IMG/VR virus record: IMGVR_UViG_3300010151_000055
Location: 1 to 35,306 of that record
Source of the DNA: a virus
Taxonomy: Duplodnaviria > Caudoviricetes
Length of the DNA: 35,306 nucleotides
Strand: one strand, 5' to 3'
A program made the translations under genes and the position numbers. How positions within the stretch are numbered: position 1 is the stretch's first letter; each line of letters starts with the position of its first letter. Positions 28,101-35,306 of the stretch are shown here, piece after piece. Under the pieces are notes generated by a model. That model was not told the origin of the DNA. It saw only the letters and a list, made by a program, of their open reading frames with translations, and did no database searches.

Positions 28101-31100
28101 GTTTATCACGGCACTCCAGAGGGCCGGTTTGATGAGGCTGCTAGGGGTTCAAACCTTGAGCGGGAGAGAGTTCTTTCTGAAAGAGAACGTGTTCAGGGCG
28201 ACATTGATGCTGGGCACGAGCTTTTGCGAGAAACCCCAAGAGAAGCGCCGCACTGGTCTGATAGGGATGCGTTTCTCAGAGAGGACATGCAGGCCCTTTA
28301 CAGAGAGAAGGAAGGCCTTGTTGCGCCAGCGAAGAGGGCCGAGGAAGAGATATTCAGAACACGCTCCACTGGTCAGACCGACTGGGGCTACAAGGCTAGC
28401 GGAGCTTACTTCACCGATAGCCGAAAGGTGGCAGAGGGGTATGCAGGCAGCAGGGCTACTAAAACCCCATATGTTTATGAGACATATCTATCAATAAAGA
28501 AGCCATACATTGATGGCGTTACAAAAGACGCAGCGTTTAGCAAGGAGTTGGCTGAGAGAATTGATCGCGCCCAGAGAAATCAAAGGCCAGAAAAATGGTT
28601 GGAGTCTCGTGAAAGGGAAACTGCCCTGATTCGCCGTCAGGTTCTGCAAAAGCATGGATACGACGGAGAGATATGGAAGCAGGCTGACGGAAGCTCAGAG
28701 TATGTTGTATTCAACCCAAGGCAGATTAAGTCCACACAGAACGTAGGGACCTTCGACCCAGAAGACCCACGCATCCTTTATCAGACAGGACCAACGGCAG
28801 GTCCTCCCGGTGGAGGGTCTGGGTGGAGAGGCCCAAGAGGCGCTGTTGAGTTTGAAGAAGGCAGGGCAATAATCACCCTGTTTGAAAGCGCAGACTTCTC
28901 CACTCTGGTGCATGAGATAGGGCACATCTTCCGCAGAGACATGAGCGTTAAGCAGTTCAAGCAAGCTGTTGCCTGGGTTCGCTCAGAAGGCTTTGAAGTA
29001 TCTAAGTCTGGTGTCTGGTCGAGAGAGGCAGAGGAACACTTTGCTGAGCACTTTGAGCGCTACATAGCAAGTGGCTTCGCCCCAACACCGGACATGAAGA
29101 ACCTGTTCCAGCGATTCAAGACTTGGATGAAAGAGCTATACAGGGAGATTGCTGCTCCATCACCAGAGATAGCCAGGGTCTTTGACGACATGCTTGGCGA
29201 GTCAAAGATGGTAACGCCAGAGAGCCTGAAGAAGCTTCGTGGTCGCGTTAGACAACTGCAAAAAGCAGCTAAGAATCTCCCTGACAAGGAAGAGGTTAAC
29301 AGGCGTGTCACAGAGCTAGGCAGGCTTAATGAAGAGATTGCTGACCTTGCTTTGTCACGAATACATGACTTCACAGACGAGAAGACAGCGGGAGTGATAA
29401 GGAGCGTAGAGGACATAGCTAATCAGCTAGCAGACCTTGGCATTGACGTTAGTGGTGTGTCTCACGCTTGGGCTGAAGACTTGGAGCGAATGGTTAGTGG
29501 CGGTAAGGCAGACCTTCACGAGGCGAAGCTCTGGGAGAAGCAGCAGAACCTCAAAGAAACGCAAGCAAAGATAGCCACGCTTATTGATGACATTGATAAG
29601 CAGTTGGATGAGGTCATTGAGAGTGCTGAGCTTGGCGTGAGAGTGTATCGAAGCGACCTGGAGCGCGAACTCGTCCACGGCACCGCTGGAGGGGTGGCCT
29701 CAGCAAGGAAGCTATTAAAGACAGCAGAGGATGAGTTGGTTGTTGCAAAGGCTACAAAAGAGACTGGCATAAAAGACTCTGCCCTTCTCAAGTCATTCCA
29801 CGATGCGGCACCTAACCGAGCCGTTCCGTATGATCTAAGGAGATGGACTCACAATCTAGCAAAGCTACAGGCTGAGGAGATTCAAGCGTTTGCCCCGTAC
29901 CAACGACCTCTGGGGGACATAAGGTATCCAGCCCCAGGCTCAAAGGTTAAGTACGACCAAGAGACCAACTCTCTAGTGCCAGACACAGTTCACCCACAGG
30001 AGGCTCAGAAGCTCAGAGAGTGGCGGGAGCGAATTGAGACTCAGGTCAGGACTGGGTTTGTTACCGACAAGTACGCTGATGCCGTCATTGCCGTAATGGA
30101 TGCAAGGGCTAGGTCATGGGCATCTTCGTTTGATACACCCAAGAACCCAGACGCTTGGTATTACGGACGCATATCTAACATTAACTTTGGCAAGCCTAGA
30201 ACTGGCATGTTCGGGTTCTCTCAAGTCCTTGGCACTCGTGGTTGGGACTTACAGAACCTTGGCATTCGTGGGAGGACCATCAATCCCATTGAGGCCCTTG
30301 CAAGGGGCGCTCAAGCAACCATTGACGTACTTACTGGTGGAAAGAGGATTAAGACAGCATCGCAAAGAAAGAGGGGCGCAGATGTTTTGATTCACGAGCT
30401 TGGTCACATATTCCAGTTCGACACAAGCCCAGCGCAGCGCGAGGTGGTTAACCAGTGGTTGAGAAGGCACGTTGGCGACAAGGCATTTGTTAAAGAAACA
30501 GGGCTGTGGTCAACAACTGGCGAGGAGTTGTGGGCTCGTGCATTTGAGAGGTATTTCTACGATGGGATTGCCCCCACAAAGGCACTTGAGAAGGTATTTA
30601 AGAAGTTCAGAGACTGGATATTTGATGTATACGCGGCAGTCACTGGTACTGCCATAAACGTAGACATCTCTGATGATATTAGGCGTGTCTTTGACGAGCT
30701 TCTGACCGCATCTGACGACTTGCCAGCAAAGAAGATCGTCTATGAAGAGGGGCCTATTCGTTGGACACCACTTCATGGGAGAAGGGCACTTAAAGAGACA
30801 GTCAGGAAAATCGGGCTTCAGGTAGTGGACGAGATAGGTCGTCTGTCTTCGATGAACCTTGGGGACGACGCTGCCCGCATACAGACATATATTGAGCAGG
30901 CCAAGGCACACGTTGCTGAGGCTGAGCCACTTCTTAACAAGCCCATTAGGGTCAGGACAAAGCGTGGCGATAAGTCGGTGAAGCCCTATCACGAGGTCAT
31001 TGGCGACCTGCCCTACAGGAAGTCGATGCAGTACAAGTACCGACAGGGCACCGACGTAGAGCGAATAACGTCAATACTGATTGAAGACGCAACAAAGCGG

Positions 31101-34100
31101 TACGGGTTCCGCTTCCCCAAGAAGCAGAAGTACTCGCCAGTAAAGGCGGGCTTGTCTGGTAACGAGGTAGACGCTGTTGTCTTGAGACCAGAGGCTGGAT
31201 GGAAGCTTAAGCTGGTTCCAATAAAGTCTGCCGCGAACATATCTGTTGACACTGTGGAGCAGTTGGTCATCGACGCTATGGACGTATACAGCAAGGCTAA
31301 TGGCCCATTCTCCATAGAGGTTGTTGGTGAGAAACTGGCAAAGGGTGCTGCAAAGCGCCTTGGCATGACCGCTCGTAAGATAAAGGGGAAGGGGGACCGC
31401 TGGTACGTTAAGCCAGGGCGCGGTGTTGATGTAGAAGAAATCTTCGGTCGTATAGAGCGAGCCAGGGCAGAGGAAGGAATAATTAAGCCTGATGTTGTCC
31501 CTGTCATTAAGAGAAACACAGATGAGTACAAGCTCGCTCGTGCAATGGCGAAGATGTATGACGATGAGATACGTTCAGTTCGCAACACACTAGACTCGTC
31601 TATGGCTAGCGCCAGGAGGAAGGCTAGGGAGGTAGCAAAGATAAAGGCAAAGGAGTCGCTCCAGACTCTTGTAGAGGCAAGCAAGAACAAGCCAGCCCTC
31701 GATGCTGCCATTGATGCCCTGACAGACGAGCAGATTGCGTGGGTTTCTGGCAGGGCCGCTGACCCCCCCTCTAAGGAAGCTGTGTCCTCCATGAAGGAGG
31801 TTGGCGAGCGTGTGCCAACAGACCTGCCATCAGCGCGCCTAGCAGCCGCTGAGATGGATGTCCGCGCACTTGAACTGAAGCGCTTGGCTAAGGAACTTGA
31901 TTATGACCTGAGAGACCCAGGTGATGTCTGGCGTGAAATTGAAGAGCCAAGAAGGTCGTCTAAGGCACAGGCTGCTGTGCTTGAAGCGCAGTACAAGCTA
32001 GCAAAAGGTGCGTTCCTTGATGACGAGTTAGCAAAGTGGCTCGACCGTCTATCGAAGGACGACAGGGGCAAGGTGCTGAGGGCTGTTAAGAAGAAGGAGT
32101 TCCACACACTTCCAGACGACATAAACGAGAACGCACTTAAGGTAGCGCGGCTTCTCAAAGAGTTCTTTGACGAACAGCTTAAGAGGCTTCAGGAGGCTGG
32201 GTTCCTCAAAGACTTCGACAAGAACGAGTTCTTTGCTCGTGTTGATGTCGCTGGGTACATTCCTCACATCCTGAACTGGGCTGCAAAGAAGAAGCTTGAT
32301 GCAATAAAGGGGCGCTTCCCGTCGTTAAGTAAGCCAGGAAACCTCAAAGAGAGAAAGATTAGCAGGCTACTAACACAGACGAACGACTGGAAACGAAGGG
32401 AGGTTGCTGAGGCAATCATCCACCACAAGGCATCTGCTGGTGAGTTTGGCGACCAAGCTGTGAATGCCGGGAGGTCTGGAACCCTCAAGAATTATGTCAA
32501 CAACTCAGACATGTTCCGCAGGGGACAGTCTGCGTCTGCGTGGGACGAGCTTGTTGAGCAGACCCTGAAAGATGCGGGGCTTGAAGAGGTGTACGACTTC
32601 TTCAATATGGACCCAGTGTTAACTGCCACTCAGTATTTGCAGTCAACAGACAAGGCAATAGCCAAGACCATGCTCATAGACAACATCCTAGAGATGTTCC
32701 CTATGGGCAGAGAGTTTGCAGAAAGGTTTGATGCTCATCAGGCAGACCTGATAGCTGCTGAGCTTGGGTTTGCGAAGCTGTCTAAGGTGGACTTCCTTGA
32801 GTCTGTGATGAGGGTGAGGCTACCGACTGGCCTCAGAAAGTTTGAGTCATACATAAGCACAAGGCTGGCTAATGGAGACCCTGTTGGAGAGATACTTACT
32901 GGTCTTCGTGAGCAGGGTGTTGGCATAGACAGGGAGATACCGAAAGAGGTCATACAGGCGTTTAAGAAGAATCAGGTGTATGTGCCAGAGCAGGTTGTTG
33001 AATACCTTCGTTGGATGAACTCTGCTGATACGTTTGGAGCGTCCTGGCCTGGACAGGCACTCGATGGTCTGCATGCCTTGGCTAAGGCAATGGTCACAAT
33101 CGCAGCACACGCACACATAGGCATGAACTGGTCTGGCAATGTCTTCTCCATGTCTCAGCAGATTGGCCTTCGTGCAATCAATTTCATGAACTGGATTGAT
33201 GCCATGAAAATATCTATGGCTGGTGCTGATGCTGGCAAGTGGGCTGATGACGTGCTTGACCTTGGCGACGAGAGCATGACCTACAGGGAGTGGAACAGGT
33301 ACACGAACGAGAGGCATGTTGCTGATGTTCATGGAGGTTCTCCCTTTGCTTCAGAGCAGCTAGGCGCAATAGAGGGCTACCAGCAATACGGCAAAAGGAC
33401 TGGCGCTGGGCTTGTTGGTCAAGTCGCAGGCGCTGGGGTTGGCTACGCGGCTGGTGCCGCTACCGGGATTCCGTTTGCTGGCGCTGCCGGTAGCTTTCTT
33501 GGTGCTCAAGTTGGGAGTGCCTTGGGTGAGCTTGGGATAATGGGTTGGAAGGCGTTTAGTAACGAGGCAGTCAGTGAGTTTTTTAACGCAGTAGAGGCGC
33601 TGTCTTCGTCCCCTAAGAATACAATCTTATACGGAGGCAAGCGGATAGTTGGTACTGCTGTTGGCGCAACTGTTGGCTCTACACTTGGTCCGCTTGGTAC
33701 GGCTATGGGTGCCGTTCTTGGCGGCATGAGTTTCCCCTCATACGTCAGGGTCTTGACTGGTCTTAACCAGGGTGTTGAGGCAACCAGTAGATTGACCCTC
33801 ATGGTTGGCTCAATGAAGAGTGGGCTAAACATGGACGAGGCAGTCAAGTCAGTTAATGCTGCACTTAGGGATTACGGAGACCTGACACCGTTTGAGAGGG
33901 ATGTGCTTAGAAGGTTCTTCTTCTTCTACACATGGGATGCCGGTAACGTTGCGTTCCAACTCAAGTGGATGGTCAAGAATCCAATGCAACTGCACATTGC
34001 AAACAACTTCATGGCTGGGATGTACAAGGGCGCGTTCACTGAGCAGGAGGCTGCGCTACTGCCAGAGCATATGCGCTGGAAGATACTCCTTAGACTGGCT

Positions 34101-34754
34101 GCTGCTAAGGTCATAACGATACCTGGGCTACCAATAGACGCATTCATTTCAAACATAAGGATGGATGAGAAGTTTAGGCCAGTGGGTCTCCTATCAAGGG
34201 TAAGGCCAGACCTAGCCATGCTGTTTGAGTGGTCGTTTGGCGACCAGTACAGCATGCATTACGGCAAGGGCTGGTCTCAGCTAACCAACGCAAGGCATAT
34301 AAAGAACACGCCTCCGCTGCTTAGGCGAGCCGTTGGGTTGCAATACTCAATGGTTCCTGTCCACGATAGGTACGGAGAAGAGACTGGCCTTATGAAGGAA
34401 GAAGTTAGGGCAGAGAGGCCAGAACTGTGGTACTTGATGCAGAGACTTCCTGGATACAGGGTGTTGATGGAATACAACAAGATTGTTACCGACTCGTTTA
34501 TGTCTCGCGCCTTGGACAGCGGCGACCCAACAGCAGAAGCGAGCGAGATTGAAAGAGCGCTGGCATTTGGTTTTGGCGCACGTCCTTATCACATTGACTT
34601 TGATGGTCAGGCAGAGTGGGTTGCAAGTAGACTTACAGAGGCCTTGTTGGATGCCATAAACAGCCAACAGCCATATGCAGTGACTAGGTTTGGAACCTTG
34701 AGAGAAGAAGGCTTTGAGGACTATACTAGCGAGGACAGGCGCGAGCGCCATTAA
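22161..34754 (+). CDS. Giant (4197 aa) polyvalent internal virion/ejection protein with two HExxH zincin modules, an ADP-ribosyltransferase-like domain, an EEMQSDW domain and glycine zippers
   Basis: Uninterrupted 12.6-kb ORF with a TTG start after AGGTG; HEIGH at 28911, HELGH at 30393, YHGT/GAYF/EYVVF at 28104-28712, EEMQSDW at 25671; C-terminal DYGDLTPFER...FFYTW. Confidence 0.85.
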   Translation: MPTEETGLDYIDTGEQPLPVEGGAPLIPEDLDAYIDSKLDSFYAQREMEPVDVEPVDVEPQPLPEEPATISLEDLDSLFQQFITDRENEAAGEGEEEEEEEAWKQDIYIPDLSVEFPEHMLAGTGYQSDAAVRNAWYETVDNVNGTDDMKERAEYLKEFVTNWQEDLAQEAMAAAGAEEDSTGFMWLMKWVDIFFQDPTLKSGIAASKDFGERALKQVGDQGLFAAALDHATDPRGHATQFAADMVRHYDQKHHGFMGPTGAQTMEDLNWLLGTGPSVLWDDAYRKQRLDAAEAVDAGATPLRDAWNEITWAGAEAASGLGSFTLTPTGMGSVDIGYSGGGLKPQDDGIDLNPALTRERDYDKAIEHTWEAAAGIGIGVVNPFNLVPLGAMVRGGRLLKHAGVSLTDTGNAFRSTLVERLFKELELSSDMTGMSDDLAKETSQELRAMAEDIADRQLVDAVDTAGRHNIVLRGTDETISSLDALRRLLGHQDGENVWAAALRSAEKEGKALDDIVVRPNQIRYADDGTIRIAGYSDSAVKKNKVSQLFGEDGPFVLRYGDDIKPSNLDPGKGRITRWNDASMTRWAAKAIHKQPWLEAVRRRLPVVARGSQPLATKLGTRKFAYRAHVGTNPETNEEFARYLHPARWAKLPEEQREFMHQLSLSGQRGRELESKMKNVTNDPEELVLVSDYLEMGWADELSTDQIERVVGIRTAGKAVEKLEAGEKIPGSVASKQSFESLEKAHTLLKEKGVELETLNKLREDYIANRPMRSELLKQAGAELKILKGLEEERFRDTLTRTYELGAIAEAEASGMIEKLSDLRSARDEIDKLLKAEVQPGTPLGRALDNLIAEAKGRGFDVDVLREGVGPTVMTDEALKSWRQTIQDQAKESAEASGIGPKEVKDISELLDRRSVVWGALNNSRPNEWYWLKFKGIRYAKLADTELHEAMLTHATEYAPVFFSELMRVVKQQYEGVEWVDTERLYNTLKRHGVKADEIEYGGSLSDLKAWLDGDGVSAKSADSAWGRENSRLLSEQRDADAALSRVTVDGTTEEIETATRNLRVVRDRLSKHSRRVHKDDLIKFFDEHAVEVDFKVSGEGRTSWGLSEYDEGGGLEVYGGTDYKEAKIVIKRPDGFTGGTYQSSHFPEADILLHIRFNTRTSEDGKKVLFIEEMQSDWHQEGREYGYRGAVDFETTPLTELEDVVFAANKEYADAATGLLPFADEWPEVSVGSWYEDPATAAHVADLWGDLGYLGARLAEYAGHQLKVLKIRPYWSPNNLSQVQVESLFDSGFRDLWRAMSVEGRRELLNKNLMSFGIIDQAGAARPYSASEQMSDAGMRAMSSKTAYEDMYQVLDALEPSQVASASPVFNSVLGRAKRAMQGHAVETRRIIDDTNWGDYIDTGEGAIEIGGVGVPDAPFKESWHQLGMKQMVRYAAENGFDRIGWTTGHEQAAVRYGTRKTYKDSVEAWGTFVDEDGVERALLVGREHKGGVPIDDIPGDLPGDLRHYENKKHLEAGIRRAERSAVSMGPEPGRLGVTEAVRTHIKLRKPLTLGGKGHIEFYDNKLKNFTNKRYKRFGVKVGEDSIDLSVYANKLSDATQSAQRASDILIRARDSIRPPGPHPKRSGQSQVDAGIEALHQMTSPRSKYVLTERSIDDSYVQELIELVDTFDVKPWFIKNGRFDTSDSLNHINRLGQRQSVGMRTAAGDEVPLVVTDNAQKMKMLWDAVDVESRISSRAELGFDKALRKRAYKNIHADPEDAAVMPMKYGGTVPYHAIDVTPELKAHVLRNGEALFQGPKRSAPGQAGAPKGWLENELVELKSVGKSLGVSGRIYTGSAAPEYRFHVGPSKMTMSGELDTRTKAYRSAEDVSAELRSLGFEPEITTTSTLTRPPGSTSSVTPRLVVSVRPRRPERLGVLSEEDYREAAKWNRDIQVRPDADELSRQARLKELEDEDVFDSPEFQRWFGDSKVVDEAGKPLRVYHGTPEGRFDEAARGSNLERERVLSERERVQGDIDAGHELLRETPREAPHWSDRDAFLREDMQALYREKEGLVAPAKRAEEEIFRTRSTGQTDWGYKASGAYFTDSRKVAEGYAGSRATKTPYVYETYLSIKKPYIDGVTKDAAFSKELAERIDRAQRNQRPEKWLESRERETALIRRQVLQKHGYDGEIWKQADGSSEYVVFNPRQIKSTQNVGTFDPEDPRILYQTGPTAGPPGGGSGWRGPRGAVEFEEGRAIITLFESADFSTLVHEIGHIFRRDMSVKQFKQAVAWVRSEGFEVSKSGVWSREAEEHFAEHFERYIASGFAPTPDMKNLFQRFKTWMKELYREIAAPSPEIARVFDDMLGESKMVTPESLKKLRGRVRQLQKAAKNLPDKEEVNRRVTELGRLNEEIADLALSRIHDFTDEKTAGVIRSVEDIANQLADLGIDVSGVSHAWAEDLERMVSGGKADLHEAKLWEKQQNLKETQAKIATLIDDIDKQLDEVIESAELGVRVYRSDLERELVHGTAGGVASARKLLKTAEDELVVAKATKETGIKDSALLKSFHDAAPNRAVPYDLRRWTHNLAKLQAEEIQAFAPYQRPLGDIRYPAPGSKVKYDQETNSLVPDTVHPQEAQKLREWRERIETQVRTGFVTDKYADAVIAVMDARARSWASSFDTPKNPDAWYYGRISNINFGKPRTGMFGFSQVLGTRGWDLQNLGIRGRTINPIEALARGAQATIDVLTGGKRIKTASQRKRGADVLIHELGHIFQFDTSPAQREVVNQWLRRHVGDKAFVKETGLWSTTGEELWARAFERYFYDGIAPTKALEKVFKKFRDWIFDVYAAVTGTAINVDISDDIRRVFDELLTASDDLPAKKIVYEEGPIRWTPLHGRRALKETVRKIGLQVVDEIGRLSSMNLGDDAARIQTYIEQAKAHVAEAEPLLNKPIRVRTKRGDKSVKPYHEVIGDLPYRKSMQYKYRQGTDVERITSILIEDATKRYGFRFPKKQKYSPVKAGLSGNEVDAVVLRPEAGWKLKLVPIKSAANISVDTVEQLVIDAMDVYSKANGPFSIEVVGEKLAKGAAKRLGMTARKIKGKGDRWYVKPGRGVDVEEIFGRIERARAEEGIIKPDVVPVIKRNTDEYKLARAMAKMYDDEIRSVRNTLDSSMASARRKAREVAKIKAKESLQTLVEASKNKPALDAAIDALTDEQIAWVSGRAADPPSKEAVSSMKEVGERVPTDLPSARLAAAEMDVRALELKRLAKELDYDLRDPGDVWREIEEPRRSSKAQAAVLEAQYKLAKGAFLDDELAKWLDRLSKDDRGKVLRAVKKKEFHTLPDDINENALKVARLLKEFFDEQLKRLQEAGFLKDFDKNEFFARVDVAGYIPHILNWAAKKKLDAIKGRFPSLSKPGNLKERKISRLLTQTNDWKRREVAEAIIHHKASAGEFGDQAVNAGRSGTLKNYVNNSDMFRRGQSASAWDELVEQTLKDAGLEEVYDFFNMDPVLTATQYLQSTDKAIAKTMLIDNILEMFPMGREFAERFDAHQADLIAAELGFAKLSKVDFLESVMRVRLPTGLRKFESYISTRLANGDPVGEILTGLREQGVGIDREIPKEVIQAFKKNQVYVPEQVVEYLRWMNSADTFGASWPGQALDGLHALAKAMVTIAAHAHIGMNWSGNVFSMSQQIGLRAINFMNWIDAMKISMAGADAGKWADDVLDLGDESMTYREWNRYTNERHVADVHGGSPFASEQLGAIEGYQQYGKRTGAGLVGQVAGAGVGYAAGAATGIPFAGAAGSFLGAQVGSALGELGIMGWKAFSNEAVSEFFNAVEALSSSPKNTILYGGKRIVGTAVGATVGSTLGPLGTAMGAVLGGMSFPSYVRVLTGLNQGVEATSRLTLMVGSMKSGLNMDEAVKSVNAALRDYGDLTPFERDVLRRFFFFYTWDAGNVAFQLKWMVKNPMQLHIANNFMAGMYKGAFTEQEAALLPEHMRWKILLRLAAAKVITIPGLPIDAFISNIRMDEKFRPVGLLSRVRPDLAMLFEWSFGDQYSMHYGKGWSQLTNARHIKNTPPLLRRAVGLQYSMVPVHDRYGEETGLMKEEVRAERPELWYLMQRLPGYRVLMEYNKIVTDSFMSRALDSGDPTAEASEIERALAFGFGARPYHIDFDGQAEWVASRLTEALLDAINSQQPYAVTRFGTLREEGFEDYTSEDRRERH
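22305..22339 (+). repeat. 15-bp in-frame tandem repeat (EPVDV x2.3)
   Basis: GAGCCCGTTGATGTA x2 followed by GAGCC. Confidence 0.9.
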
Positions 34755-34761
34755 CAACACT

Positions 34762-34781
34762 GCCCCCTAACGAGCGGGGGC
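34762..34781 (+). terminator. Short GC hairpin after the giant gene
   Basis: GCCCCC-TAACGAGC-GGGGGC; no U-tract. Confidence 0.4.
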
Positions 34782-34800
34782 TGAAAGCCAGGAGACTCGA

Positions 34801-35223
34801 ATGGCAATTATCTTCCCCGTCTACCAAAGGGTCCGAAACGTGACCCTGGAAGACTACGGTTTCGACTCAGGCGACAACCCAACGGACCTGATTGGTTTGG
34901 ACCTTGGCTCGGCGGCATCCCCGCTTACCTCTGGCCTGTTGTGGGGTGTGAGTGTAACGCTCCAAGACAACGCAGGACCCGCTGCATCCGACTACTCGAT
35001 TGAGCTTTTCTCCGAGAACTCAGGCGACCTTGATCGTGGCACAAGCTCTGTGCTGTATTCGGCTACCTTCAGCTTTGCTGCTGTAGAGAGGACAATTTCG
35101 GACATGCTCTCGCAGCCAGTCCCTATCTTGGAACAGCCATTCGTTCGGGTTAGACAGACAACGACTGAAACAGATGAGCATGACATTCTTATTAAGTTCT
35201 ACATCCAAGCTATCGCTAACTAG
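34801..35223 (+). CDS. Acidic beta-rich protein, probably virion-associated
   Basis: AGGAG RBS; 140 aa. Confidence 0.7.
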   Translation: MAIIFPVYQRVRNVTLEDYGFDSGDNPTDLIGLDLGSAASPLTSGLLWGVSVTLQDNAGPAASDYSIELFSENSGDLDRGTSSVLYSATFSFAAVERTISDMLSQPVPILEQPFVRVRQTTTETDEHDILIKFYIQAIAN

Positions 35224-35231
35224 GGGGCGTT

Positions 35232-35306
35232 ATGAGCGTTCAACGCTCCAATCCTAGAGTAGAGTCGCCCACTAACGCCAACGGTGTCCTTCGGAGCAAC
35301 CCAAGG
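35232..35306 (+). CDS. Start of an ORF truncated by the window edge
   Basis: AGGGGG RBS then ATG; MSVQRSNPRVESPTNANGVLRSNPR is open to the end of the window. Confidence 0.55.
   Translation, partial: MSVQRSNPRVESPTNANGVLRSNPR

Noticed and set aside
31013-31792. 259-aa antisense ORF and many shorter ones within the giant gene
   Set aside because: Ser/Leu/Phe-rich mirror translations of a Glu/Lys/Arg-rich sense gene.
34590-34612. IDFDGQ suggesting a virion RNA polymerase DxDGD motif
   Set aside because: The final Asp is missing, the motif lies at the extreme C-terminus, and no other RNA polymerase motifs were seen.
1-35306. Stop-codon reassignment or diversity-generating retroelement
   Set aside because: Genes tile densely under the standard code with TAG, TAA and TGA stops; no reverse transcriptase or TR/VR pair was seen.

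Overview
This window is part of a tailed dsDNA phage genome with a podovirus-like (P22-type) virion module; no tape-measure, lysis, tRNA or CRISPR features were seen. From left to right it carries: the 3' part of a replication-initiator-like gene containing five palindromic GGTCCCWGGGA repeats (a probable origin), a DnaB-family helicase, several small ORFs, the terminase large subunit, a two-gene block on the opposite strand (P22-like portal plus an FmdB-type zinc-ribbon/wHTH protein), scaffold, major capsid, decoration, adaptor and tail-hub genes, three paralogous small tail proteins, three probable ejection proteins, and a 4197-aa giant protein. The giant is the most unusual element. It appears to contain two copies of an HExxH zincin module. 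The first copy is split by about 1270 aa of cargo (a domain with an EEMQSDW motif, a short unknown segment and an H-Y-E ADP-ribosyltransferase-like domain), and two of the cargo units end in an L[FY]Q motif followed by a Gly/Pro linker. This suggests an injected, possibly self-processing effector polyprotein with an exchangeable cargo slot. All assignments come from motif recognition and gene order by eye; no searches were run.
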